From IMG/VR virus record IMGVR_UViG_2690316030_000001: a stretch of DNA of 20,000 bases. The stretch is one strand, 5' to 3'. The notes beneath the pieces are model-generated. The model saw nothing but the letters and a program-made list of their open reading frames with translations. It did not search any database and was not told the origin of the DNA. The stretch is from an uncultured virus (IMG/VR IMGVR_UViG_2690316030_000001) (Duplodnaviria; Heunggongvirae; Uroviricota; Caudoviricetes). Both the position numbers and the translations under genes were made by a program. Positions 1 to 10,163 of the stretch are shown in pieces; within the stretch, counting starts at the first letter, position 1, and every line of letters begins with the position of its first letter.

Positions 1-1690
1 GCCCAAGAAGGGCGATGGAGATTCGAACGCTTACGTTGATCCCTCGCAGTTCCAGATCGGGGGTAACCCTTCATTCGCTACCCCGGGCGTTCCGGGGTTA
101 GCGCTGGGTCCGGCCGGTCCTGTTGATGCGCAACAAGTTTTCGATGCTGAGTCATCCCTTCTGCGCGCAAAGAACAACCTTGAACAGGACCGGCTCAAGG
201 TGATTCAGCTTGAGCAGAAGGGCAACGTGGACCAGCTGGAGCTGCTGCGCGCCAAGAATCAGGTTCAGGAAGACGAACGAGCCTACACCTCAGCGCAAAT
301 GAAGCTGGCCGAGGCGCAGCGCGGCACGGTGAAGAAGATGAAGGGCTTCACCGACGAGATGGGGGAGATTGGCGCCAAGCTGGATGCCGACTTCGGCGCC
401 TCCAAGGGCCTCGGTGGACTTGCCGAGAATCTAACGAAGTTCGTCGCGAATCTCGCGTTCGCGCCGATGCTTGGGCAGCTCAGCGCTATAAGCGCCGCCA
501 ACCCCTCCAAGGGCGGATACGGGATGATGGGCATCCTCGGGGCGCAGGGTGTATTCGGGCCGCAGTTCACGGGCATCGCCCAGGATTCTTCGTACGCGGC
601 ATCCGGCATGGGGCCTGCGGCAATCCGACCAGGAGGCGGATTCGGCAGTGATGCCGCGCTCCTAGCCAACGTTCCCTCTGGACGCTACGAGCAGACACAG
701 GCGGCGGACCTCACAAAGGGGCTTGGGGACTGCTCCAGCGCCGTCGAGGATCTGGTCAACATTATGGATGGACGCCCTACGGGTGGACGATCCATGGCCA
801 CAGGGAATGCCGCGGAATGGCTTACCGCGCACGGCTTCATGCCTGGAATGGGCGGGCTGGGCGATTTCCGTGTCGGATACAACAGCGGCCACATGCAGGC
901 CACCCTGCCTGGTGGCACTCCGTTCAACTGGGGTAGTGATGCCTCAGCGGCAAATCGAGGCATCGGGGGAACGGGCGCCGACGATCCAGCCTTCACCTCC
1001 CATTACTACCGGCCCATGGGATCCGGCGCGGGGATGACCGTGCCGTCGCCCCCTGCGCCGGGGTATGCACCCCTGGCGGGGAACGCGCTGACAAACCCTG
1101 GACTCACCAACCCGGCGCCTTCCCCCAATCCGTTCATGGGAATGGGCGGCGCGGGCGGCCCTACCGGGCCGGCACAAGGACTCAGCCCATCGGGACAGCA
1201 ATACGGCGGCGTGACACCAGCATCCGGTTCCGGCAAGGGCGGCGTTGGCATGACCCCGGGCGGAACGCTAGACACCGCTATCGGCATGGCCGCCAGCGGC
1301 CTTGACCTGCTGGCCCCAGGTGCCGGTCAAGCAGCTCAAACCGGAATCAAATTGGCCAACCGCGCAATCCAATACGGCGGGCAGGTCGCGGGGATCGGCG
1401 TCCAAGGATTGATGGACACATTTCTGCCCACGGGCGGTTCAGAGCTGGCCAACAAGTCTTGGATCACCAAGATCGTTGGCGGAATCGCAGGGGCCGCGCC
1501 GGCTCTGCCGAACATGGCGGGTAAATCGACCGCACCCCAGAACCAGAACCAGGAAGACCCGAACGCTCCAAAGAATCAGGGCGGCAACACCACGAACATC
1601 ACCGTGAACAACAACCGGGCCACCGAAGACGGAACCGGGCGCGACATCGCCTACCACCAGCAGGCGCAAAACCAGGCACCGGGAATGTAA
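1..1690 (+). CDS. Tape measure protein, C-terminal part (5'-truncated by the window), with an NlpC/P60-like peptidoglycan hydrolase domain
   Basis: The frame of ORF 200..1690 stays open back to position 2 (PKKGDGDSNAY...). The protein is Gly/Ala-rich with helical segments and ends in NTTNITVNN, and it lies directly upstream of minor tail genes. DCS (728-736) and GHM (887-895) resemble an NlpC/P60 Cys-His pair. Its TAA overlaps the next ATG (TAATG). Confidence 0.88.
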   Translation, partial: PKKGDGDSNAYVDPSQFQIGGNPSFATPGVPGLALGPAGPVDAQQVFDAESSLLRAKNNLEQDRLKVIQLEQKGNVDQLELLRAKNQVQEDERAYTSAQMKLAEAQRGTVKKMKGFTDEMGEIGAKLDADFGASKGLGGLAENLTKFVANLAFAPMLGQLSAISAANPSKGGYGMMGILGAQGVFGPQFTGIAQDSSYAASGMGPAAIRPGGGFGSDAALLANVPSGRYEQTQAADLTKGLGDCSSAVEDLVNIMDGRPTGGRSMATGNAAEWLTAHGFMPGMGGLGDFRVGYNSGHMQATLPGGTPFNWGSDASAANRGIGGTGADDPAFTSHYYRPMGSGAGMTVPSPPAPGYAPLAGNALTNPGLTNPAPSPNPFMGMGGAGGPTGPAQGLSPSGQQYGGVTPASGSGKGGVGMTPGGTLDTAIGMAASGLDLLAPGAGQAAQTGIKLANRAIQYGGQVAGIGVQGLMDTFLPTGGSELANKSWITKIVGGIAGAAPALPNMAGKSTAPQNQNQEDPNAPKNQGGNTTNITVNNNRATEDGTGRDIAYHQQAQNQAPGM

Positions 1691-3414
1691 TGACGATCCG
1701 CTATCCCGCAGGCCCCCTTGTGCCACATGGCTGGTACCACATCGTCAAGGGCAACCGCCCCATGATGCGGCTAACCGCATTCGACGGCTCCATTGAGTTC
1801 TACATCATGGGCGGCCACTCGATACCCGACCGGTTCAACTCACCTGAGTCTGTGCAGGTTCAACGGGACGGCATCACCGGCCTGATCCCTCCGTGGAAGC
1901 ACATCACCCAAAAAGGTGCCACCCAAGACGGTGTCACGCACATCGACGCCCTCCTGGACCCGGTGGAAGTACAGCTGACACTGGATTGCAGAGGTCGAGA
2001 CCCCAAACACACCCGAAAGGTCTACCGGGACCTCGTCGCCTCGATCGACGCAATCAAGCAATCCAAACTCGACTTCCTAGATCAAGACGCGGGCCACTGG
2101 TGGGCTGACGTGCGTTGGTTCCAGGGCGCTCCGAAGGATCCAATCACCGGGTCGCAAAAGAACACTCAGCGCATCACCCTACGCCTACAGGCCGACACGG
2201 GCTGCTGGAAAACCTATGACCACTCCGATGCGTTCGTTTTCCTGTATGAGGCGATGACTGACACCTTTAACGTCGATCACCGCTCCACCCAAGATTTGGG
2301 GGACATCCCACAGTGGTATGAAGGCGACGGGGGAGGGTACTGCACCTCCAACGGCGATCAGATGATCTGGGTTGATGACCCCGACGACCTGACCACCACC
2401 GAAGCGCGCCAGGTGATCAACGGGCCCTGGCCAGACTTCAACACCATCACCGATAACCAGGTCATCGCCCAAGTCCACGGGTCATTCCAGGAATGGTCCT
2501 TGCCGTACTCGGCCCGCAACATTCTTGGCGGCAGGATGGGCCGCAACCCTGACGGAAGCTGGGACGGCTCAGGGGTATTCGTGGAGTACGGGTTCGGTGT
2601 ACTGCGCCTGTACTACATGGTCGACTTCGTCGAAACCACGATGCGCAACCAGCCGTTCTCCATGCTCATCCCACCACTGCCTGGCGAGAAGATGACCCTA
2701 GTCTGCGGATATGAAGGCAACAAGCGCATGTTCAAAGTCTTGCGCAACGGCCTGGAAATCCTGTCCCACACCGAAGCCGGCACCGGCTCACCCATGGGTG
2801 CAGACAACCGCGGCATCGGAAACGGCATGTACGCCGGGGGAGCTCTATTGACACAGGCCACCCCCGCGGCGATCCGCAAGATCGCAGCCGGCGACAACTC
2901 CGAAGTCTCACAAGAGGGATTTTTGCAACGGGTGAACGTCGGTGATCAGCCGATGTACGATGACTACACCCTGTTTGGCCCAGGGATCTTCAAGATCTAC
3001 GACGGTCCCGGCTCAGATGAGTTCGTGGAGTTCGGGCCTCTGTTGCCGAACCAAATCGTGTTCCTGCGCACCGACCCCCGTGTCAACACCACCCTGGTGC
3101 AGGACCTGACTGCGGTCCCGCCAACCCCGCAAGAGCTGGACGTGTTCCAGGACGCTATCTCCAAGTTCCTGTCCTTTGCGGGCATGAACAACTCAGCGTT
3201 CGGTGATCAGATCAAGTCGTTCTTCGGCATCCGTCCACCGCAAGGGAATCTGTACAAGTACCTCAAGGGCCGGTTCTCCCAGAATGCGGCGATCCCACCG
3301 AAATCGCCCGGCGAGGACGCGAAGCCATACTTCGTCAAAGTTGCGATCGACAACGGCAACGCCGACTCGAAGATCATCGCGTCCGGCACTCCATTAAGGC
3401 GCTACCCGCTCTAA
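1690..3414 (+). CDS. Minor tail protein (probable distal tail/Dit-like)
   Basis: 574-aa ORF coupled to the tape measure stop codon. This is the position of Dit in siphoviruses, and the N-terminal composition fits mycobacteriophage minor tail proteins. Confidence 0.8.
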   Translation: MTIRYPAGPLVPHGWYHIVKGNRPMMRLTAFDGSIEFYIMGGHSIPDRFNSPESVQVQRDGITGLIPPWKHITQKGATQDGVTHIDALLDPVEVQLTLDCRGRDPKHTRKVYRDLVASIDAIKQSKLDFLDQDAGHWWADVRWFQGAPKDPITGSQKNTQRITLRLQADTGCWKTYDHSDAFVFLYEAMTDTFNVDHRSTQDLGDIPQWYEGDGGGYCTSNGDQMIWVDDPDDLTTTEARQVINGPWPDFNTITDNQVIAQVHGSFQEWSLPYSARNILGGRMGRNPDGSWDGSGVFVEYGFGVLRLYYMVDFVETTMRNQPFSMLIPPLPGEKMTLVCGYEGNKRMFKVLRNGLEILSHTEAGTGSPMGADNRGIGNGMYAGGALLTQATPAAIRKIAAGDNSEVSQEGFLQRVNVGDQPMYDDYTLFGPGIFKIYDGPGSDEFVEFGPLLPNQIVFLRTDPRVNTTLVQDLTAVPPTPQELDVFQDAISKFLSFAGMNNSAFGDQIKSFFGIRPPQGNLYKYLKGRFSQNAAIPPKSPGEDAKPYFVKVAIDNGNADSKIIASGTPLRRYPL

Positions 3415-3455
3415 TGGCAGTCACATTGCGCCCCTGCGAACCAGGGGCTAGCTAG
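3414..3455 (+). CDS. Putative 13-aa bridging mini-ORF (MAVTLRPCEPGAS)
   Basis: ATG overlaps the upstream TAA (TAATG); its TAG lies 2 nt before the next ATG at 3458. It contains a hairpin GCCCCTG/CAGGGGC (3430-3448). Confidence 0.3.
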   Translation: MAVTLRPCEPGAS

Positions 3456-3457
3456 TC

Positions 3458-5161
3458 ATGCCCGGAACAGACATGGACCGCTGGAAGGCGGCTATCCAGT
3501 CCGGTGATATCACCCGCATCGCCACGACAGCTCGTGCGTTGACGGAGAAGAAGTCGAAGGTAGACACCACCTTCCGTTTCACGGTCTGCGACAAGTTCTG
3601 GACACCCATGGGGTCAATCGGCAACGAACTCATGGAGGCGTCGGGGACCGATCCCCGTAATGACTGCCCTACCGCCCGGATCAAGCACAAGGGTGATAGC
3701 CCTCTCGTGCAGATGTTCATGGACTGCCGGAACACGATGGTGGGCATTGAGGTAGAGACCGCGGGGCTGCGGCAGAACTTCTACGTCAAAAAGCACGACT
3801 GGGAGTACCAAGACGGCGCTTGGACGGGAACTGTTGAGGCCCGGGGTATCTGGGACATACTCAACTATTACGTGATATGGCCGTCATGGTGGCTACCCAT
3901 ACAGGCCCAGCCGTTTTCGCACGCGATCTTCATTTGGGCGTTGCAGACCTGTGTGGAGAACATGGTCGCGGAGTGCGCGATTCGTCTCCAGTCGGGGTGG
4001 ATGGAAGCCATTAACAACGGGCTCTCGTTGAACCCCGACATCCGTGCATGGTTCGGCACCATCCTGCAAGCCCTGGACCGCGATGGCCTGTCGATTAAGA
4101 CCTTCGCGCGCATGCTACGCACGCCAACGTATGTCAAGCGAACCAACCCGTTCCTGGACACATCCCCGTTGTGTGCCAAGACCGTCCGCATGGAGACCGT
4201 TGGCTCGGTAATCAAGGATGTCACGCGAGCCTACGGTGTAGATACCCGTATGGATCTGTGGCGGCCCGGTGATGAGCAGCCCGATCAGTGGATCACCCTC
4301 GATCAACCCACATATGTCTTTTCGACTGTCGACCGCAGCCAAATCGAAGGCCCCACAAAAACTGTCCTTGATTCGGTCTTGCGGACGGTAGTGGACCTGG
4401 GTGGATCGCTCGGCGGGATCTTCAAGCCGGTCATGAAGCAAGTCCCCGGCATGGACGGGGTGTTCTACGCGCCGCTACTCGGTGTGAACTTCGAGCAACC
4501 CTACGCCTATCTTGTTGCGCCAGAATCCGGTGAGGACTCATCCATCACCTCGTGCCGGATCACCAACCATACCCCCGAGGGTTGGCAGCACATCATCGGT
4601 GGCCGTAGCCCTAAGTGGTTGAACGACTTGATGAATGCCACGTTCGCGTGGTTGATCGATTCGCTGATGATCGTGGTCGGGTTCTCCGGTATCCCATCAG
4701 ACCTGCTATCCGGCTTCCTGAACAACAGCTTCCTGGCCTTCCAGCTCATGCAGCACTACGACCGACGCGACGAAGTCGGCCCCTACCACCCAGCGGTCGA
4801 GCGCTTCTATCCCACCGCATCAGCCCCCTACAACATCGAAACAGTATTCGCGTTCATCAACGCCCTCTTTGATTCACAGGGCTACACCACCGCACAAGTC
4901 ACGTTCCGCAATGGTGACCAATACGCCTTGGGAAGAGACGTTTTCAAGGGCGGATTGATGTCGGTCGTCTACCACGGCCGAACCAAGATGGTCACCGACT
5001 ACATCGAGAACGTCATGTGGCGCATCACTCCAGATGAGCGAACCGTGGTGGCTCAACTCGGAGATGGCCGACGCGACGAAGCGCCATTGGGCAAATTCCA
5101 GCGCCTGATCACAGGGGCATTCGAAGCCATAAACGTTCTTACCCTCGCGCCACAGTCCTAA
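3458..5161 (+). CDS. Minor tail protein (probable baseplate hub/Tal, Gp37-like)
   Basis: 567-aa ORF, second gene after the tape measure. The PSWWLPIQAQP and C-terminal LGRDVFKGG/QLGDG motifs resemble mycobacteriophage hub proteins. Confidence 0.8.
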   Translation: MPGTDMDRWKAAIQSGDITRIATTARALTEKKSKVDTTFRFTVCDKFWTPMGSIGNELMEASGTDPRNDCPTARIKHKGDSPLVQMFMDCRNTMVGIEVETAGLRQNFYVKKHDWEYQDGAWTGTVEARGIWDILNYYVIWPSWWLPIQAQPFSHAIFIWALQTCVENMVAECAIRLQSGWMEAINNGLSLNPDIRAWFGTILQALDRDGLSIKTFARMLRTPTYVKRTNPFLDTSPLCAKTVRMETVGSVIKDVTRAYGVDTRMDLWRPGDEQPDQWITLDQPTYVFSTVDRSQIEGPTKTVLDSVLRTVVDLGGSLGGIFKPVMKQVPGMDGVFYAPLLGVNFEQPYAYLVAPESGEDSSITSCRITNHTPEGWQHIIGGRSPKWLNDLMNATFAWLIDSLMIVVGFSGIPSDLLSGFLNNSFLAFQLMQHYDRRDEVGPYHPAVERFYPTASAPYNIETVFAFINALFDSQGYTTAQVTFRNGDQYALGRDVFKGGLMSVVYHGRTKMVTDYIENVMWRITPDERTVVAQLGDGRRDEAPLGKFQRLITGAFEAINVLTLAPQS

Positions 5162-5215
5162 CTCCCGCCCGCTTCGCGCGGCGCCTCTCGTTTCCCAATC
5201 CCGATTGGAGACAAC

Positions 5216-6052
5216 ATGTCTTGGCCTACAACCCCGGATGGGCAGCGGTATCTCTTTGAAGGCATCATCGAGATGCCCGTCAGCCCCGAGACCGGCGCCG
5301 CGATGCTGCTGCTACGCCCGCAGGGCGGAATGGGTGTAGGTATCCCTGCCATCGCGCAGGGTGATCCCGGTGTCCACGCAGAGCTGGACACGGCAATCAA
5401 CTTCACCGCTCTTGAACCCGGTGACGCAACGCCAGATTCCGCATCGTTCACGCTGATCACACCGCCCACGACCAGCACCCCCGGTAAGTGGAAGCTGAAC
5501 CTGGCCCTACATAAGGGCGAGAAGGGTGACAACGGCGAAACGGTCTGGGATCCCACTGACCTGTCCGGCACTCCAGTGGCGGGACAGATTCCCGCGGTCA
5601 CATCGGCTGGCACCGGTTTTGAGCTGGTCGCGCAGAAGATCCCCGAGGCCTTCTATCCGGGCACAATCAATAACACCCCCTCGGGTAACCCGAACTACAC
5701 GCTGGCGCAGATTTCCATCCCCGCGCGCCCGTACGCGCGCAGGGTCCGTGCCGGGGGATTCACTGTGGTCACTGGTGAAGCCGCGGATGTGCGGGTCAAC
5801 CTCCTGGCACGCCTGAACGGCGAAAGTGGCGGCAACATCATTGGCCGCTGCGTTGGCATCGCACAGACAGAGCGGCTGCCCATGGATCCGGGGAAGCCGA
5901 TCGAATCGGGCACCGCATCAGATTCCTACAACCAGATCGCCGCTAACGCATCCGCCACGGTGTACATCCGGTGTGAACGCCAAGCCGGCACCAGCACCTA
6001 CACGACTTCAGCATCCAGTTCGCAGTTTTGGGCTGAGGTTCTGCCGCTGTGA
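5216..6052 (+). CDS. Minor tail protein
   Basis: 278-aa ORF with GGAG RBS at 5207-5210 and a short collagen-like GEKGDNG segment. It lies in the tail module and its stop overlaps the next start (GTGA). Confidence 0.78.
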   Translation: MSWPTTPDGQRYLFEGIIEMPVSPETGAAMLLLRPQGGMGVGIPAIAQGDPGVHAELDTAINFTALEPGDATPDSASFTLITPPTTSTPGKWKLNLALHKGEKGDNGETVWDPTDLSGTPVAGQIPAVTSAGTGFELVAQKIPEAFYPGTINNTPSGNPNYTLAQISIPARPYARRVRAGGFTVVTGEAADVRVNLLARLNGESGGNIIGRCVGIAQTERLPMDPGKPIESGTASDSYNQIAANASATVYIRCERQAGTSTYTTSASSSQFWAEVLPL

Positions 6053-9000
6053 CATCGGGGATTCCCGAATGGGCGCAGGCGATCCCGTCTGCCCCAGTCC
6101 ATCAGGAGCAGCCCAATGAGCTGACACGGCCGTTCACGGCGCAGCAGCTCATTGAGTTCGGTGAACAGCTCATTGAACAGTTCCTTCGGCGCGTGGTCCT
6201 GGCCGTGGTCGGCTCGTTCATTCCCGGTGAAGGTTCGTTCGAGCAGCTGGAGGAATGGGCTCACAGCATCCCGATCATCGGCGACATTATTGAGATCATC
6301 AAGGACTTCCTGAACGGAAACCTGTTCGGGCGTGACGGATTCATTCTTTCGAACCTGATCCCGGCGTTATCGTTCAGCTGGATCACTGATGAGCAGCCGA
6401 ACCTGTTGGTGGCGGGTAACTTCCAGGACGGCGCGAGCATCGCCGACAATCCTTATTGGACGTGGGAGTCCGGTGTCACGCATAGTGCGGACAGTTCGGG
6501 CAGTGTGAAGGTCACCGCGAATGGTGTCACGAAAGCGTTGCGGTCCAATGAGATTCTTGCCAATCCTGGCCAAACCATGTCGCTGGAGATGTGGGTTAAG
6601 TGGTCCGGGTACACGGGCACTAATTCGCCGATCAAGTTGCAGATGGTCGAGTTCTCCGGTCGCGGGGACAGCGCCGTGCAGGTTGGTGTTGAGGACGTTG
6701 CGACCCTGAACCCGAACACGTCAACGGGGGATTGGCGTCAAATGACCGGGAACTACACCGTTCCCGACGGTGTGCATGCGGTACGTGTGCGCATCCTAGT
6801 GACAAAGGATGCCACCTCGGGTGTCCTGAACTTCGATGACGGTGTTGGTAAGAAGACCAACAAGATTCAGCAGGGCTGGATCGACGGCCTGTCGAACACA
6901 TTCCAGGAAGTGCTGTCTCGGTGGCAGTTGATCATCGACACCGTCGTAAACGGGATCACAGGCTCCAACAACGCGTTCCACACTTTGGAAGATCTGTTCG
7001 AGGCTGTCACTCATATCCCGTTGTTCAAGATCCTCGGCTTCGGTGGCCCTGGGGACGCGAACACCACGTTCGAGGAGTTCCTTTCCCATCTTCTCGGGGG
7101 AATGTCGGGGTCGACTGACCCGAACGCAAACGGTGGTTTCGCTGACCTGTTCAATGTCGCGAAGCTTTTGCAGACCGCGGCGGCGATGGGGGAGAGCGCT
7201 TTTCAGATCCTCTCTATCCGCAACAACACCCCAGTCAATACGGGTCTGTTGCCGTCGGGCCGGTCGAACTACGGCCTAACCAGCGTCAACACCACACTTT
7301 CGGCCACTCAAAGTGCGTCGCTGATCGCGACAATGCGGGTGGAGCAAGACATCGCCTTGGGTGTGGTGTCATGGCTTGGCTGCGGCACCAGCGGCATCAC
7401 CGCGTTCTACGTCAACATCTGGAAACTCGACGGCGTTTCCGGGGACTGGTCGTTGGTGCACCACTCCCCGAACATCCTGTCCGAGCTGACCGCCGGTACT
7501 ACACCGAACTGGACGTTCTACCAGCTCGACACCCCAGTTGATCAGAAGGCGGGGGAAACCTACGCCTACGAACTCGTCCCCGTCGGCGGAACACACAGTG
7601 TCCGAGGGATTTCGACCACGGACGATATTCCTGATCACCCGTTCGCGCAGGTCGTCGGTTTGGCCGCGACACGGGATAACTCGTCGTCACCGAACACACC
7701 TCCCTCGACCATCGCCAAATCCAGTGTCGTCCGGTCCGGGAACATCCCGTGGATTGAAACAGCCATCGACACCGGCAACGGTGTGGGCTACTACGACCCC
7801 ATCTCGGTGTATGTCGTTGACGATGGCGATATTCCGATCCCGTCATGGTGCAACTTCGTAGACCCAGGATGTGTTGGTGCAGGCGGCGGCGGACAGATGG
7901 GTCTCACGCTCGGATTCCACGGCGAGCCCGGCACGCCAGGCCTATTCAAGGCCACAACGTGGCAGCGCGGAGTGCACTTCGGCGACAACGCAGTACTGCA
8001 CTTCACAAAGGGTATTGGTGGACTAGGTGGCCGTCCTGGTCACGATGATGGCGAGGACGGCACCGCTAGCGTCTGGTCTCTGCCCGACTACACCCTCACC
8101 GCAGAAGGTGGCATCGGCGGCACGGAACTACAACTTGGATCTAACCCCATCGGTCGTGGCCCGGGAACTTTTGAATACAAGGGCGAGAAGTACGTTTGGG
8201 GCGCGGACCAGAATGTTCCCGGCCGCGACGGCGTCTCAGCGGGCGGCGCCGGAAACGGCGGCAACGGACTAACGTTCCAGAACGGCGGTAAGGGAGCCGA
8301 CGGCGCCGGACGCGTGAGGTTCCGGCAGAACCCGCTTGAAGGTGAGTCCATCATCGGCGGCCCCGGCCAAGTCTTGGTCCCCAGTATCGAGTCCACCGCC
8401 TCACTGGGCACTCCCACCGTCTCGGGTGGGTTGTCCCTGCTGCCGCTGGAGGATCAGGCCGCTATCGACGCGATCGTGGCCGCGAACATGACCGCCCCGG
8501 GCGGGGTGTTGGCCATCCAGTCCCCAGATGGGTACTACACGAAGGCGTACGGCAAGGTCTCCACCGCCGCAGGTGCGCGGAACGTGATCCTGGAGGACCA
8601 CTTCCGTATCGGCTCCTGCACCAAGTCGTTCACCGCGACCATGATCTTGCAGGCAGTTGATCGTGGCTTGTTGTCGTTGGATGACCCGCTGGAGAAGTTC
8701 CTACCGGGCGTTCCTGGCGGCACCAAGATAACGGTCCGGCACATGATGTGCCTGCGGTCGGGTCTGTTCAACGAACAAACCGACCCCGGCATGATGATGC
8801 GCTACTTCCTGATGCCGACCTCTGACTGGACGGACGAAGAAACACTCGCGATCGTCAAACAGCACGAACCGTCCTTTGAACCTGGCCAAGGGTGGGCGTA
8901 CGTCAACTCCAACTACTTCCTGCTGGGAATGATCGTTTCGATCGTCAACGGCCGCCCCACACGTGATGTGCTGCAGACGGACATTCTTGATCCGTTGGGT

Positions 9001-10152
9001 TTGACGCAAACCAGTTGGCCTACAACCGCGAAGATGCCCGAACCGTACGCAAATGGGCACGCCTGGGCAACCGGTATTTTCGGTGGCGGGGCCTGGCAGG
9101 ACGCCACTGAAACCGGGCCGGGATATGCGAGCGCTGCTGGTGTCATGATTTCCACCGCCCACGATCTGCTGTTGTGGGCCAAGGAATTACGTGACGGAAC
9201 TCTGTTGAGTCCTGAGCTGCATGAGCTGAGAACTAAATGCTACTGGCCCGTTCCGTGGGGTAATGACGATCAACTGACCTACTTCGGCTACGGGCACGGC
9301 ATGTTCGAGCTCGGCCAGTGGCGCGGCCACGGCGGGTCGTGGCGAGGGTACGAAGTCTCGGTCTACTACTTGCCGAACGGCACCTTGTTCGCGATGTGTG
9401 AGAACGCCCAGACCCCGACCGTTGAGGTTGAGGTGTCGATGATGTTCAAAATTGGCAAGTACCTATACCCGGATTCTCTGACGGTCCCCGATTATCAGGC
9501 GAATCGTGTGTTCGGCATCCCGTCGAAAGCCTCGGTCGGTAAACCGATCGTCGGCAGTATCGATGTCAAGTTCGACAACAAGAGCACCGTCGGCACAAGT
9601 CAGGCGACGATCCCGGAATTCACGCTGGACCCCGAAGCGAACATCGTCTTCGCCTATATGGCAACGCAATCCGGAATAGACATGTCTGGGGTGACGGCGA
9701 AGATCGGTGGCGTCACCATGAACAAACTGCCGGTTGTCTCCAATGGATCTAACCGGTTGGTGGTGTGGTGGCTGCTCGACCCTCCCACTGGGGCAAGGTC
9801 GATCAACCTGATCGGCACACCGTATGGGTCGAACTACGCAACCGGTGCGGCGTCCTACAAACTCGCTGCACCCACCGGGATTGAAACACCCGTAGTCACT
9901 CAGGGCTACAGCGCATCCCCATCAGTCAGTGCTTCCACCAATAGCCACGGCAGGATCGTCAACGCCTTCCTGTACGGGGGTCAGACCAGCGCCTACAACC
10001 AAACCGAGCGTGGACATTTGGATACCGTGGCGTTCGGTGCGGGACTGATATTCGGTGACGCACCAGGGGGTTCGGTGACGTTCACCCAAACCCTCACAGC
10101 TGCCGCCCCATGGATCGGTATCGCGATCCCCATCGTCTCCAACGCGGAATAG
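6049..10152 (+). CDS. Large multidomain minor tail protein: carbohydrate-binding-like domain, Gly-rich domain, serine beta-lactamase/D-Ala-D-Ala carboxypeptidase-like domain, C-terminal beta-rich domain
   Basis: 1367 aa. NLLVAGNF...NFDD jelly-roll-like segment (~6400-6850) and GAGGGG-rich region (~7870-8320). Penicillin-binding fold motifs: SxxK (FRIGSCTK, 8614-8625), YxN (YVN, 8899-8907) and HGG (9328-9336). Confidence 0.88.
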   Translation: MTSGIPEWAQAIPSAPVHQEQPNELTRPFTAQQLIEFGEQLIEQFLRRVVLAVVGSFIPGEGSFEQLEEWAHSIPIIGDIIEIIKDFLNGNLFGRDGFILSNLIPALSFSWITDEQPNLLVAGNFQDGASIADNPYWTWESGVTHSADSSGSVKVTANGVTKALRSNEILANPGQTMSLEMWVKWSGYTGTNSPIKLQMVEFSGRGDSAVQVGVEDVATLNPNTSTGDWRQMTGNYTVPDGVHAVRVRILVTKDATSGVLNFDDGVGKKTNKIQQGWIDGLSNTFQEVLSRWQLIIDTVVNGITGSNNAFHTLEDLFEAVTHIPLFKILGFGGPGDANTTFEEFLSHLLGGMSGSTDPNANGGFADLFNVAKLLQTAAAMGESAFQILSIRNNTPVNTGLLPSGRSNYGLTSVNTTLSATQSASLIATMRVEQDIALGVVSWLGCGTSGITAFYVNIWKLDGVSGDWSLVHHSPNILSELTAGTTPNWTFYQLDTPVDQKAGETYAYELVPVGGTHSVRGISTTDDIPDHPFAQVVGLAATRDNSSSPNTPPSTIAKSSVVRSGNIPWIETAIDTGNGVGYYDPISVYVVDDGDIPIPSWCNFVDPGCVGAGGGGQMGLTLGFHGEPGTPGLFKATTWQRGVHFGDNAVLHFTKGIGGLGGRPGHDDGEDGTASVWSLPDYTLTAEGGIGGTELQLGSNPIGRGPGTFEYKGEKYVWGADQNVPGRDGVSAGGAGNGGNGLTFQNGGKGADGAGRVRFRQNPLEGESIIGGPGQVLVPSIESTASLGTPTVSGGLSLLPLEDQAAIDAIVAANMTAPGGVLAIQSPDGYYTKAYGKVSTAAGARNVILEDHFRIGSCTKSFTATMILQAVDRGLLSLDDPLEKFLPGVPGGTKITVRHMMCLRSGLFNEQTDPGMMMRYFLMPTSDWTDEETLAIVKQHEPSFEPGQGWAYVNSNYFLLGMIVSIVNGRPTRDVLQTDILDPLGLTQTSWPTTAKMPEPYANGHAWATGIFGGGAWQDATETGPGYASAAGVMISTAHDLLLWAKELRDGTLLSPELHELRTKCYWPVPWGNDDQLTYFGYGHGMFELGQWRGHGGSWRGYEVSVYYLPNGTLFAMCENAQTPTVEVEVSMMFKIGKYLYPDSLTVPDYQANRVFGIPSKASVGKPIVGSIDVKFDNKSTVGTSQATIPEFTLDPEANIVFAYMATQSGIDMSGVTAKIGGVTMNKLPVVSNGSNRLVVWWLLDPPTGARSINLIGTPYGSNYATGAASYKLAAPTGIETPVVTQGYSASPSVSASTNSHGRIVNAFLYGGQTSAYNQTERGHLDTVAFGAGLIFGDAPGGSVTFTQTLTAAAPWIGIAIPIVSNAE

Positions 10153-10163
10153 GGAGAACCTTA

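Noticed and set aside
1268..1278. CTAGACACCGC, an 11-bp match to the start of cassette element B
   Set aside because: It lies inside the tape measure coding sequence and lacks the downstream AATTGRG/-10 part; probably chance.
8440..9480. Beta-lactamase antibiotic resistance gene
   Set aside because: The domain is internal to a virion tail protein and has no signal peptide. The fold is shared with carboxypeptidases and esterases.
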